The notes under the pieces were generated by a model. That model was not told the DNA's origin and searched no databases. It worked only from the letters and a program-made list of their open reading frames with translations. From positions 32,001-96,000 of IMG/VR virus record IMGVR_UViG_3300042914_004291: 64,000 nucleotides of DNA; one strand, given 5' to 3'. Positions within the stretch are counted from its first letter, which is position 1; each line of letters begins with the position of its first letter. Below are positions 55,196 through 63,690 of the stretch, piece by piece. The position numbers and the translations under genes are program-made. The DNA is from a virus.

Positions 55196-57697
55196 TCATT
55201 TTTTCATAGTCATTTGGCGGTTTTGGTACATCTTATCGCGCTCAGCCTGCGCTTCAGCATGCAGATACTCATCACGAACCTTAATTACAAGTTTGACAAA
55301 CTCGTCTGTGCCATACTCAGAAAGGTCAAGCACGCGAGGAAAACGTTTTGGATCTTCTTGATGCTTTTGTAGCACTCCCTCAGCCGCCCGGTTCAGTGCA
55401 TGGAGCGCAGGAGTTCCTTTAGGAAGGAGGGGCGCCACGATGCGCTTGAATTGGAAAACATCAAACATTTCGTCCCCCATGCGCGCGCGATGCAGTAATT
55501 TCTTCAATTTGTCCTCCGCGTCGGCGGTGACCGCGTCGGCGGCTTCACGCAGAGATCGACGTTGATTTTGTTCGCGGCCTTTCTTCAGACCTGCTTTATA
55601 AGCAGCAGCAATGGCTTCCATCACCATCTCTTGGTCAGCAGCCTCGGCATCATCAGCAGCAGCCGCATCGTCTGCCATTGCAGCACCGACATCTTCTTTC
55701 ACAGTTGACACCTCTGCTAGAGATTCTTTGAGTGATTGTTTGATCAGCTTGGCAAGGTCTTTCATGTTCATCTTCACGTTGCTTGGTGTTGTTGGTTTCC
55801 TGTTTGTTATAGCCATGGTAGTATTGGAGTTAAATATCTCAGTGATTGGTTTTATTCCTCTTGGTTTGACCATTGCCTGTTTGTTCGCTTGCAACTCCTT
55901 CACTCTCCGCAAACCAGAAGTCCTGATCATCTCAAATATTTCACGGCCAACATTCTTGAGATCATCTGGGAGGTTCGCAGTGAACTTCTGTGTGTCGCCT
56001 ATCGCAATGAATGATCTCATGTCAGTGCCTGAAACGTTTCCGAACCTAGGAACCGATACGATGTCAATGAGTTTCTGTTCTGCTAGCCTAGGGGCATCCA
56101 AAGAAACGCTATCTGGCCTGAACCTTGCTATGTCTTCATCCCCAGCCAACAGATTCACTTGAACGTTCTGTCCGGATCTGTCATAGGCATTCAGCTTCTG
56201 ATATGCCATGGTGACCGGGTTGTCTGTGAACTCAACCATGACGTTTGCTGGGAGTGTTCTGAGAATATATCGATTCCAGATCTCTCTCATGGTAGCGCCT
56301 AGGATTGGCACTTCACCAGACTTCTCTCTGTCACTTTCAGATACCAAAAGAAGCACTTTGTCGCTTTGCATAGAAGCCAGCCTGACAACTCTGTCATGGC
56401 CTCTGTGATATGGCTTGAACGCACCCGGGAAGATTGTGACTGTTGAGTCCGCATTGGGTTTTCGCCGCAAAACAAACCCTTCCTCATCATCATAGCCGCG
56501 GCCACCATACTTCAAAGCTCCAATCAACTGATTGATCGGCGCAAACTGACCGGTGAACTTGTACGACTTGCCATTCCTCCGGAACACAATGCCTTCAATG
56601 GTCGAAGTTATCCTGTCAGCAGCTTGCAACTTGTTTAGTTGATCGCCAAGAGCCGCCAATGCATCAGGTGAAGACTTGATCTTCTCAATAGCAGCTTGAA
56701 GCTCTGTTCGAACTTTTGCGGCAGCACCGCTATGGTCAACCACCAACATACTCTTTGATCCTTCAAGCAACTCACTAGCAAACTTTGTGATCACGTTCTC
56801 AATTGGCTGCGTGATTGTCTTGAAGATCTTCTTCTTGTTCCTGTCAAGTGCAACAATCCGAATGTATTGCTCTTCGTCAGCGGCATACTTCCTGAGTGAG
56901 TTGATCTTGACTGTTCTGTCATCATCACCGGTCAATCTTTTGCCAAGTTCATCTGAGATCGAGCCGTCAATACCATATGGTTTCAGATAGTATCCAAGCT
57001 TGACCTTGATATACTTTCCAACAGTGTCACTGTCATTCATCCCAGCATCTTGCATGATTGCATCAATTGATGCTAGAGCTTCCTTCAGCGGCTCTTTTGA
57101 ACCAAGTTTGACCAAAGGATATACAACCGGCGCACTTAATTTCCATCCTGTCTCAGCCATCTCACCATCGATCTTCTGTGCCAAGCCTAATAGTTTATCA
57201 AACACGGCATCATCATGTGAATCTTCAAGATGGCCTGTTGCTTCGTTAAACTTCCTGGCGCCAAACTTGTGTGGCGATATCACGTTCTGTCCATACACAA
57301 TGATATTTGGGTTCACCACAGCAAGGATCTCAGCAGAGAACCAATACTCACCATGATCACCAAACACACTCACCTTCTCATCAGAACCAAGACCAACCTC
57401 TATGGCCTTTGACAGAACATCATAAGCCTGACTGAAGGCGGACTGAACAGATGGCTTGTCCAACCATTTCCTATCCACCTCTTCTTTTGTCATTCCTCCT
57501 CTGCGCAGATCTCCAAGATTCCTGGCGAACCTGAGAGTTCCTTGACGAAACCCAAAGAAGATGTTCTGGCCATCCAACTTTTCTGTCACCGATTCCAAAC
57601 GTCCGGTGCTAGCATCAGTCAGAATAGACTTCAACTCATCAAACGTCAGACCAATGTCTTCGTATACATGCTGCAAATGTCCTGCTAGTCCACCCAT
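55196..57697 (-). CDS. Multidomain protein: DUF6267-like ligase-fold nucleotidyltransferase + HIGH-family (cytidylyltransferase-like) domain + head-protein-like tail
   Basis: GHLQHVYED, TEKLDGQN, EGIVF...YKFTGQFAPINQ; FPGAFKPYHRGH, AGDEDIARF, VSGTDMR; C-terminal DLAKLIKQSLKE. Confidence 0.8.
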   Translation of the reverse strand: MGGLAGHLQHVYEDIGLTFDELKSILTDASTGRLESVTEKLDGQNIFFGFRQGTLRFARNLGDLRRGGMTKEEVDRKWLDKPSVQSAFSQAYDVLSKAIEVGLGSDEKVSVFGDHGEYWFSAEILAVVNPNIIVYGQNVISPHKFGARKFNEATGHLEDSHDDAVFDKLLGLAQKIDGEMAETGWKLSAPVVYPLVKLGSKEPLKEALASIDAIMQDAGMNDSDTVGKYIKVKLGYYLKPYGIDGSISDELGKRLTGDDDRTVKINSLRKYAADEEQYIRIVALDRNKKKIFKTITQPIENVITKFASELLEGSKSMLVVDHSGAAAKVRTELQAAIEKIKSSPDALAALGDQLNKLQAADRITSTIEGIVFRRNGKSYKFTGQFAPINQLIGALKYGGRGYDDEEGFVLRRKPNADSTVTIFPGAFKPYHRGHDRVVRLASMQSDKVLLLVSESDREKSGEVPILGATMREIWNRYILRTLPANVMVEFTDNPVTMAYQKLNAYDRSGQNVQVNLLAGDEDIARFRPDSVSLDAPRLAEQKLIDIVSVPRFGNVSGTDMRSFIAIGDTQKFTANLPDDLKNVGREIFEMIRTSGLRRVKELQANKQAMVKPRGIKPITEIFNSNTTMAITNRKPTTPSNVKMNMKDLAKLIKQSLKESLAEVSTVKEDVGAAMADDAAAADDAEAADQEMVMEAIAAAYKAGLKKGREQNQRRSLREAADAVTADAEDKLKKLLHRARMGDEMFDVFQFKRIVAPLLPKGTPALHALNRAAEGVLQKHQEDPKRFPRVLDLSEYGTDEFVKLVIKVRDEYLHAEAQAERDKMYQNRQMTMKK

Positions 57698-57712
57698 GTT
57701 TACCTCGCCGTT

Positions 57713-57741
57713 ACCTTACCACACACCAGAACACCTGTCAA
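57713..57741 (-). promoter_or_regulatory. Sigma70-like promoter for the nucleotidyltransferase fusion
   Basis: Minus strand TTGACA-N17-TAAGGT; SD GAGG before ATG 57697. Confidence 0.65.
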
Positions 57742-57854
57742 ACAAGCAGGAACACAAACAGGCTTAGGAAGGCTTCTGATATTAATTCTAGGAGGCTCTG
57801 AGTCCATGATGGATAAGAAGACATTAAACCGTAGAACGGGCTCTAGAAATTAAT

Positions 57855-58799
57855 CTAGGAAGACGTCTGAGCCGTTGGTGATGATGGCTGTGATGCAAGA
57901 CGCCAGCCACCAACCGACTTGGTTTCTTTGTGAATAACTTTCAGGAGTGTTGTATAGTATAAACCAAATTCACGGGCTTGCTGTTTGATGTTTCTGGAGA
58001 GTGTCAGGGTTTCGCCGCGATCATTCACAAGAACAATTCCTTCAAATCTGCCTTTAGCAATCTTCTCTCTGTGTTCTTTGCTCAGAGGCTTTCTCTTCTC
58101 ACCTTTGCGCTCGACATACACTGGTTTCTCTGTTCCAACAAACCAGCCATTGGATGATTTGATCTTGCCTTTCACAAGGAGGTGAAAGGCTTTGTAATTC
58201 AAGCCACGTTCCTTGCAGAACGTGCGCAATGAACCCTTCACCTCAACTTGCTCACCAGCCTCCATGTGAGTGAGGATCAGCCCAAGATACTTGCCATGCT
58301 CTTCGTGGTGTTTTTGGATAGCCTCTCTGCGCTGCTCGCGGTCCTCTTTGCTATATTCCTCTGCAAAGTATCGCTGAACGGCTGCCTTTTGTTTTACATT
58401 GTCTTCCGGCAATCTTTTACCGCAACGCTTGCTCGTTGTTGGATCATCCTTCTGTTTATTCGGACGCCCTGCCCTAGAATCGGCTGCGTCTTTTCGAAAG
58501 TTGTAGCAGTTCTTTTGGTTGTCGTACAGTTGATCGATCCAATATTGCTCTCGCAACAGCATCTCGGCTTTGCTCTCAGTTACCTCAAGCACTTCGAAGA
58601 TGAAACACTCAGAACCACACTTGTTGAAGTCGTTTTGAAGATATGTGTTTTTGTGCCTGCTGGCTTCTAGGTCTGCTCGATGACTCCTAGCTCTGCCTTT
58701 GAATCTGCGCGTACTGCCAATGTAGATCCGTCCATTTTTTGTGTTGATGATCCTGTAGATGCCGCTCTGGTTGGCATGAGTGCCATAAATTGTTTGCAT
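57855..58799 (-). CDS. Free-standing GIY-YIG homing endonuclease (Seg-like) with NUMOD-type DNA-binding repeats
   Basis: SGIYRIINTKNGRIYIGST..R, HKNTYLQNDF, FEVLE, REQYWID, CYN; LSKEHREKI; repeated KSSNGW / KSVGGW. Confidence 0.92.
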   Translation of the reverse strand: MQTIYGTHANQSGIYRIINTKNGRIYIGSTRRFKGRARSHRADLEASRHKNTYLQNDFNKCGSECFIFEVLEVTESKAEMLLREQYWIDQLYDNQKNCYNFRKDAADSRAGRPNKQKDDPTTSKRCGKRLPEDNVKQKAAVQRYFAEEYSKEDREQRREAIQKHHEEHGKYLGLILTHMEAGEQVEVKGSLRTFCKERGLNYKAFHLLVKGKIKSSNGWFVGTEKPVYVERKGEKRKPLSKEHREKIAKGRFEGIVLVNDRGETLTLSRNIKQQAREFGLYYTTLLKVIHKETKSVGGWRLASQPSSPTAQTSS

Positions 58800-58850
58800 T
58801 GTAGTTCCTGATCCTGTCACTAAACGATCTTAGATGTCCCAGAGGACAAT

Positions 58851-58892
58851 TTATAGTGGCAACGGCGCCATATCCAAAACCACCACAGTTCC
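58851..58892 (-). pseudogene. Remnant second copy of the major capsid gene 3' end
   Basis: Translates GTVVVLDMAPLPL* versus capsid C-terminus GTVTVLDTAIV*; both are followed by AATTGTCCTCT. Confidence 0.7.
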
Positions 58893-58906
58893 ATTATAAA
58901 TCCCTT

Positions 58907-58946
58907 GAAAAACAGAAGGGGAGAAGATTTTCATCTTCTCCCCTTC
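58907..58946 (-). terminator. Rho-independent terminator after the major capsid gene
   Basis: Perfect 14-bp stem GAAGGGGAGAAGAT/ATCTTCTCCCCTTC, 4-nt loop, followed on the minus strand by TGTTTTTC. Confidence 0.9.
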
Positions 58947-58988
58947 CTTCGTTCATGTATTGTCCTCAGTGACTAGAGGACAATTAAT

Positions 58989-60956
58989 TCACACAATAGC
59001 AGTGTCGAGAACTGTCACGGTTCCGTAGAAGTCGGAGCGAACCATCTTCTTGCCGTAGCGTGTCATGATACCCTTACGTGGGGTCAGATCCTCGGGTGCG
59101 TACACCACTGGGGAGAGGATCAGAGGCACGTATGGAGCATAGATATAACCAGACTCCAGGAAGGTCGAACCCTTCAGACCGATCAGGATCTTGTTTGCTG
59201 GGAAGTAAGGATCGATGAACACTGAGTAGCGACCATTGATCGTACCAGCGGCTTCGCGACCGATGCTCATTGAGTCACGCACTTGACCATCGGAATCGAT
59301 CTTGTAGTTTGCGCGGTATGCCACGGTGTGCTCCAGGATCGTTTGCACGTCTGGTGAACACACGATGAAATTGCCTGCACCACGAAGAGTCTTCTTGTGG
59401 ATGGTGTTTGCCACGTTGGTGATTGTCTCAACAAGTGTCTGATACCATTGCTGCACGTCACCGGTAAAGGCTGGGCCTGGGTACGAGGTGGATGTACGAG
59501 CAACTTCAACACCAGTGTAGATGTTCACAAACTTACCGGGAGCGCGGCTCCAGTATAGGCTTGCAGCATTTGCTTGGGTCAAGAGGTCGTTCAGGATCTC
59601 ACGGTCAATGTCCAGAGTGATCATCTCAGAGAGAAGGTTTGTCAACTCTGCTTCGATATCCACTGAGAAGTACGCAGTGAGATCTTGTGCCATTTCAGGC
59701 GACCAGCGAGCACGCAGCTTGCGGGTTGTTGCTGTCACGGCAACCGACTCAACCTTGATGTCAACGTCTGGGATCCGTGGGCTTGAATCAACATCGAAGT
59801 TGGTTTCAAAGCTTGGGATGGTCAGGGTCGAACCATCAGAGTTCACTGAGAGAGTATCTGCAACAGGGGCAGAAGCAGTCACGCGGGTTGCTGCTGCCCC
59901 GATACCGGTACCTGGGAGGTTTGCTTGGCTTGGGCCAGACGAACCATTTGCAAGAGCCATTGCCAACAGCACGTGCGAACCATTGAATGGATCAACAGTG
60001 AATGTTGAGCTGGTCCCGGAATCGGTCCAGTTACCACGCTTGGTGAACTGACGGAAGTTCAGGAGTGCTTCACCTTGCTGGTAGGTTGCTGGAACCGATG
60101 TAAACACCGAGCCAGAAGCACCAAGACCGGTCACGGCAACTTGGCCAAGGTCTGTCATGTCTGCGCCGTTGATTGCTGTGGTCACTTGTGACGCACTCAC
60201 AACAAGGAAGCAGTAGTCAATCACGCCATTGGTCACGTCATTTTGCAGGAGTGGGTTGAAGTCCACAAGACGTGCGTTATAGCCCGAGAACCCTGCCGAA
60301 GCAGAGACGCTCGAACCAGTGAGCCATGTAGTGTCTCCGGTCCATGCACCAACAATCACTGGGCCAATTGCAAGTTGACCTTGCACGTTCACCTTGGTAT
60401 AACCATGACCAATCAGGTTGTACTGACCACCAGCGGCCAACGAACCCGACGTGCGGATTTCCTTACCAACGGGGTTGGTGTAGATTGATTGCCCGCGAGC
60501 ATATGTCGCAGCGCCTGGATCAGAACTGGTAGCAAACTTGTTTGCTGCTGTGCCTGCGTCACCACCGACGTACGACCCGTAGGTGTAGTCAAGATAGAAC
60601 AACAGACCCGAAGGCAGAGACATTGGTTGAACGCTGACAATCTCGTTAGCAATCAAACCAGCAAACACCCGACGCACGATCGGGAATGCAACGCTGGTGA
60701 AACCTGCAACCTGACCGCTCGACACAAGAGCCGCACCACCGGTTGAGAGTGAGAGCGACTCGTTGAGCATCCGGCCACCGTCTTTGAGCATTTCAACTGC
60801 CTGGTTTTCCAGGAGTCGCGCCATGAGTTGCTGCCCGTTGGACGAAAGCCCTTCAAGCAGTTTAACCTTTTTCCATTTGTTCACTAGACGGTCGCTGACG
60901 CCACCGTTAGCATTGCGCTGGATACCTTCAGCGAGTTGTGAGAGTGTGATAGACAT
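58989..60956 (-). CDS. Major capsid protein (T4 gp23-like) with large insertion domain
   Basis: KWKKVKLLEGL, LLENQ, FPIVRRVF, VSVQPMSLPSGLLFYLDY, TRKLRARWSPEMAQDL, GYIYAPYVPL, PRKGIMTRYGK. Confidence 0.97.
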   Translation of the reverse strand: MSITLSQLAEGIQRNANGGVSDRLVNKWKKVKLLEGLSSNGQQLMARLLENQAVEMLKDGGRMLNESLSLSTGGAALVSSGQVAGFTSVAFPIVRRVFAGLIANEIVSVQPMSLPSGLLFYLDYTYGSYVGGDAGTAANKFATSSDPGAATYARGQSIYTNPVGKEIRTSGSLAAGGQYNLIGHGYTKVNVQGQLAIGPVIVGAWTGDTTWLTGSSVSASAGFSGYNARLVDFNPLLQNDVTNGVIDYCFLVVSASQVTTAINGADMTDLGQVAVTGLGASGSVFTSVPATYQQGEALLNFRQFTKRGNWTDSGTSSTFTVDPFNGSHVLLAMALANGSSGPSQANLPGTGIGAAATRVTASAPVADTLSVNSDGSTLTIPSFETNFDVDSSPRIPDVDIKVESVAVTATTRKLRARWSPEMAQDLTAYFSVDIEAELTNLLSEMITLDIDREILNDLLTQANAASLYWSRAPGKFVNIYTGVEVARTSTSYPGPAFTGDVQQWYQTLVETITNVANTIHKKTLRGAGNFIVCSPDVQTILEHTVAYRANYKIDSDGQVRDSMSIGREAAGTINGRYSVFIDPYFPANKILIGLKGSTFLESGYIYAPYVPLILSPVVYAPEDLTPRKGIMTRYGKKMVRSDFYGTVTVLDTAIV

Positions 60957-61021
60957 TGTTTTTCCTTATGCTTACCTTTTAGTTGTTTCTAACTAATGAT
61001 CCTTTTTCTTTTTTCCTACTA

Positions 61022-63088
61022 TCAGTGCTTTTTGCCAATACCTGCAAGTTTGCTCCAACGATCTGCATCGAACATTGGAACAGACATCAGATCGGAAACC
61101 TGACGAATCTCTTTGCCATTAAGGTTTGCAGCAGATTCGTTTAGCGAACCAGCCTTGGACGTTTTGGCCTTGTTTTTGTTGATCGCTTTCACAATCTTCC
61201 CATAGATGTCTTTCACCTCGTTAACGGTTGAACCTTTATCGAGATATTCAACGATCTTACGTTTCTGCGCTTCAGTGAGCGACGCTTCGCTCACCAAGAT
61301 TTTGTTCAGGAAAAGTGAACGAGCAGTCAGAACGCGAGTTTCGTCAAGTTGTTTTGTCACCTCGGCAACTTCGTTCACTGCTAGCCGTGGCTTAGCGGCT
61401 GGCTTCTTGGTCTTCAAACCAAGTGCTTCCATCTGCTCGCGCACGAGCCGACGAACTTCCTGCACGACCATCATTTCATCTTCATCACCGGCATGCCCAG
61501 CAGCCATATCAACATCAACATCATCAGCATCATCAGCAGCATCACCGCCAAAAGGCTGACCGTCGACCTGAACGTTCACATTCTCAACAGCATCCCCAGA
61601 AACACCCTGGAGATCAATTGTGATAGTCATTGCATTTGGATCCTCGACTGACATGTCTGAGCTGGGCTCGTCATCCAAAAGCATTTCTTCACTGTCATCA
61701 TCTGTTGAAACAGCAGCAACGTCAACCTCTTCTTCTTGTTCCATCATATGATCGTCCGACATCGAAGCCATGAGCTCATTGATTTCTTTCTCGATTTCTT
61801 CGAGAAGAGCTTTGCCCTGATCACCCTCTTTTGCTGAGTGTTTGAAAGGAGCTTTCTCAAGCTCTGCCTTCACGTTCCTTGGGTTTCCGCTGGCCTTTTT
61901 TGCATGCTCGTCGCTCAGACCTTCTGAGTCGCCAGCCGGATCGACTTTGCCAACTTCTTTCTCAAAGCCCTCAGCGCCTTCAAAAAGCTTGAGTGCGAAA
62001 TCCTTGAGAGATTGTGGTTTCTTGTTTGGTTTTGTTGCAGTAGCCATATTTTCTTGTGTTTCTTCTTTTCGGTAACTATTTGAAGCTTTTCTAATTCCGT
62101 TTTCCAACAGATCTAGTTTGTGCGTATTCATGCGCCACAAACGTTCAGTGATCAATTTGTCCTTCTTCATTCCAGCAAGCGACTCGCGCAGCGAATCAAC
62201 TGTTTTCTTGCTCAGAACAGCGCCAGTTGCGCTCACTTCTTCGGCTGCTGTGAGAATCTTTTTGAAACTCTCATACATTTTGTTGCCGCTTTCGTTTGCA
62301 GTCGCAACAGCGCTGTTAACATCTAGAACCGACTCACCAACGGAAGGAACTTCTGCTGAGGCTGAGCTCTCAGGCACAACGTTTGGTGCAACAATATTCT
62401 CAAGCAGTTTGTCAATGGCGGACAGAATCACGCTTGATCGCTCTGCAAGTGGAGCAGCGGCCGAATCAGTTGCGCCTGGATCTCCTGGGGTCGCAGACAG
62501 TTCTGGTGTTCCTGGCGCTGCCGCGGGAGGAGTGACTGCGCTTGGATCAATTGGAGTGTCGGCAGGTGGCACTGGCGGAATTGTCCCAGTCGATGCATCA
62601 GCTTGTTGAAACAAACTATCAATTGGAATGACAAGCTCTTGGCCACCACTCTCTGGATTTGTTTCAATCTTACCCAGCACTTGCTGCACTGCCGGTGCAC
62701 CAATTGGTGTGCTGGCCGCTGCGACGGCAGGATCGGTCAGCGTTGCGCCTGGAGCCGGTGCCGGGGTCACTGGCGCTGTTGCTCCAGCATCTGGTGATGG
62801 GGACGGAGGTGCTGGAGGTGGCGCTGCTGCTCCAGCATCTGGGGCTGCTGCTCCAGCATCTGGGGCTGCTGCTCCAGCATCTGGGGCTGGGGGTTGAGGT
62901 GCCGGAGGTGTCGCATCTGCCGCAAATGGATCTTGTTGCTCAGCCATGAGTCGAAGCTCCGAATCGAGCTTCTTCATGATCGATGGAGTGAGCTTGGCCA
63001 TCACCTCTTGCTGAGCACGTTGCAACGCAAATTTCTTGATCTCAGCAGCGTCTAGCACTGCTCTTTCTGTGATTCTTTTCTTTGGCAT
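61022..63088 (-). CDS. Prohead core / scaffolding protein
   Basis: Directly upstream of the capsid gene; acidic low-complexity; ARSLFLNKIL, QKRKIVEYLD...VNEVKDIY, terminal RWSKLAGI. Confidence 0.8.
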   Translation of the reverse strand: MPKKRITERAVLDAAEIKKFALQRAQQEVMAKLTPSIMKKLDSELRLMAEQQDPFAADATPPAPQPPAPDAGAAAPDAGAAAPDAGAAAPPPAPPSPSPDAGATAPVTPAPAPGATLTDPAVAAASTPIGAPAVQQVLGKIETNPESGGQELVIPIDSLFQQADASTGTIPPVPPADTPIDPSAVTPPAAAPGTPELSATPGDPGATDSAAAPLAERSSVILSAIDKLLENIVAPNVVPESSASAEVPSVGESVLDVNSAVATANESGNKMYESFKKILTAAEEVSATGAVLSKKTVDSLRESLAGMKKDKLITERLWRMNTHKLDLLENGIRKASNSYRKEETQENMATATKPNKKPQSLKDFALKLFEGAEGFEKEVGKVDPAGDSEGLSDEHAKKASGNPRNVKAELEKAPFKHSAKEGDQGKALLEEIEKEINELMASMSDDHMMEQEEEVDVAAVSTDDDSEEMLLDDEPSSDMSVEDPNAMTITIDLQGVSGDAVENVNVQVDGQPFGGDAADDADDVDVDMAAGHAGDEDEMMVVQEVRRLVREQMEALGLKTKKPAAKPRLAVNEVAEVTKQLDETRVLTARSLFLNKILVSEASLTEAQKRKIVEYLDKGSTVNEVKDIYGKIVKAINKNKAKTSKAGSLNESAANLNGKEIRQVSDLMSVPMFDADRWSKLAGIGKKH
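62823..62885. repeat. In-frame 21-bp tandem repeat, three perfect copies
   Basis: (GCTGCTGCTCCAGCATCTGGG)x3 encoding PDAGAAA on the minus strand. Confidence 0.9.
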
Positions 63089-63114
63089 TTAATCTACTCT
63101 GTTGGTAATAATGA

Positions 63115-63690
63115 TCAAGGATTGCTGTTGTCTCTTGGATAACCCGAACCAACGCCAAGCCTGAACGTACGAACCTGACCAGTGACAGCTCCTGGGCCAC
63201 TGTTCCCGATGCCTTCTGCACTCTGGTTCTCGTATGCAGGCTGGGCTGGGTTGAGCTGCTGAAAAGTTCTCGCGCCGACTGGAATTGTTCCGGTGTCGAC
63301 CTCGGCGATCAATTCTGCTTCGTTGCCATTGCCTTCACCCGGAGAAACGACGTTTGGAGAGTATGGAGTTGCTGGCCAACCACCAGGTTCAATTCGTGTG
63401 GTTAGTTTGTTACGAACATCAACATACTCCGGACGGCTGTCGTTGGCTGGGACGAAGTTCCGGCGATACATTCCAAATCCGTACTGAGTGTTCTCGCCGT
63501 CATATTGCGCAAAAACTCTGCGGGCTACTTCAATTGTGTATTGACCATTGATGATGGGGCTATCGCCATATGCCCGGTTCAATGAAACGGTGTTGGATCT
63601 GCCCATGCCACCGTCACGGTTGCTGGAGTATGCCCGGTCCTGGAACTGGGGTTGATTCGAGAAAATCTCGTATTGTACTGTTGATGACAT
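63115..63690 (-). CDS. Hypothetical protein, candidate virion protein
   Basis: Late box TAGTTA at 63727-63732; GWPATPYSPNVVSPGEG. Confidence 0.7.
   Translation of the reverse strand: MSSTVQYEIFSNQPQFQDRAYSSNRDGGMGRSNTVSLNRAYGDSPIINGQYTIEVARRVFAQYDGENTQYGFGMYRRNFVPANDSRPEYVDVRNKLTTRIEPGGWPATPYSPNVVSPGEGNGNEAELIAEVDTGTIPVGARTFQQLNPAQPAYENQSAEGIGNSGPGAVTGQVRTFRLGVGSGYPRDNSNP

Noticed and set aside
57781-57854. Imperfect inverted repeat ATTAATTCTAG...CTAGAAATTAAT and a TTCTACGG match to the capsid FYG codons after the endonuclease gene
   Set aside because: AT-rich short arms with a long loop and only an 8-nt match; could be chance, so not called as a terminator or target-site duplication
57855-58988. 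GIY-YIG gene as part of a group I intron interrupting the capsid gene
   Set aside because: The capsid ORF has a complete C-terminus, stop codon and strong terminator; the second 3'-end copy lies before, not after, the endonuclease; no intron core is recognisable in the short spacers
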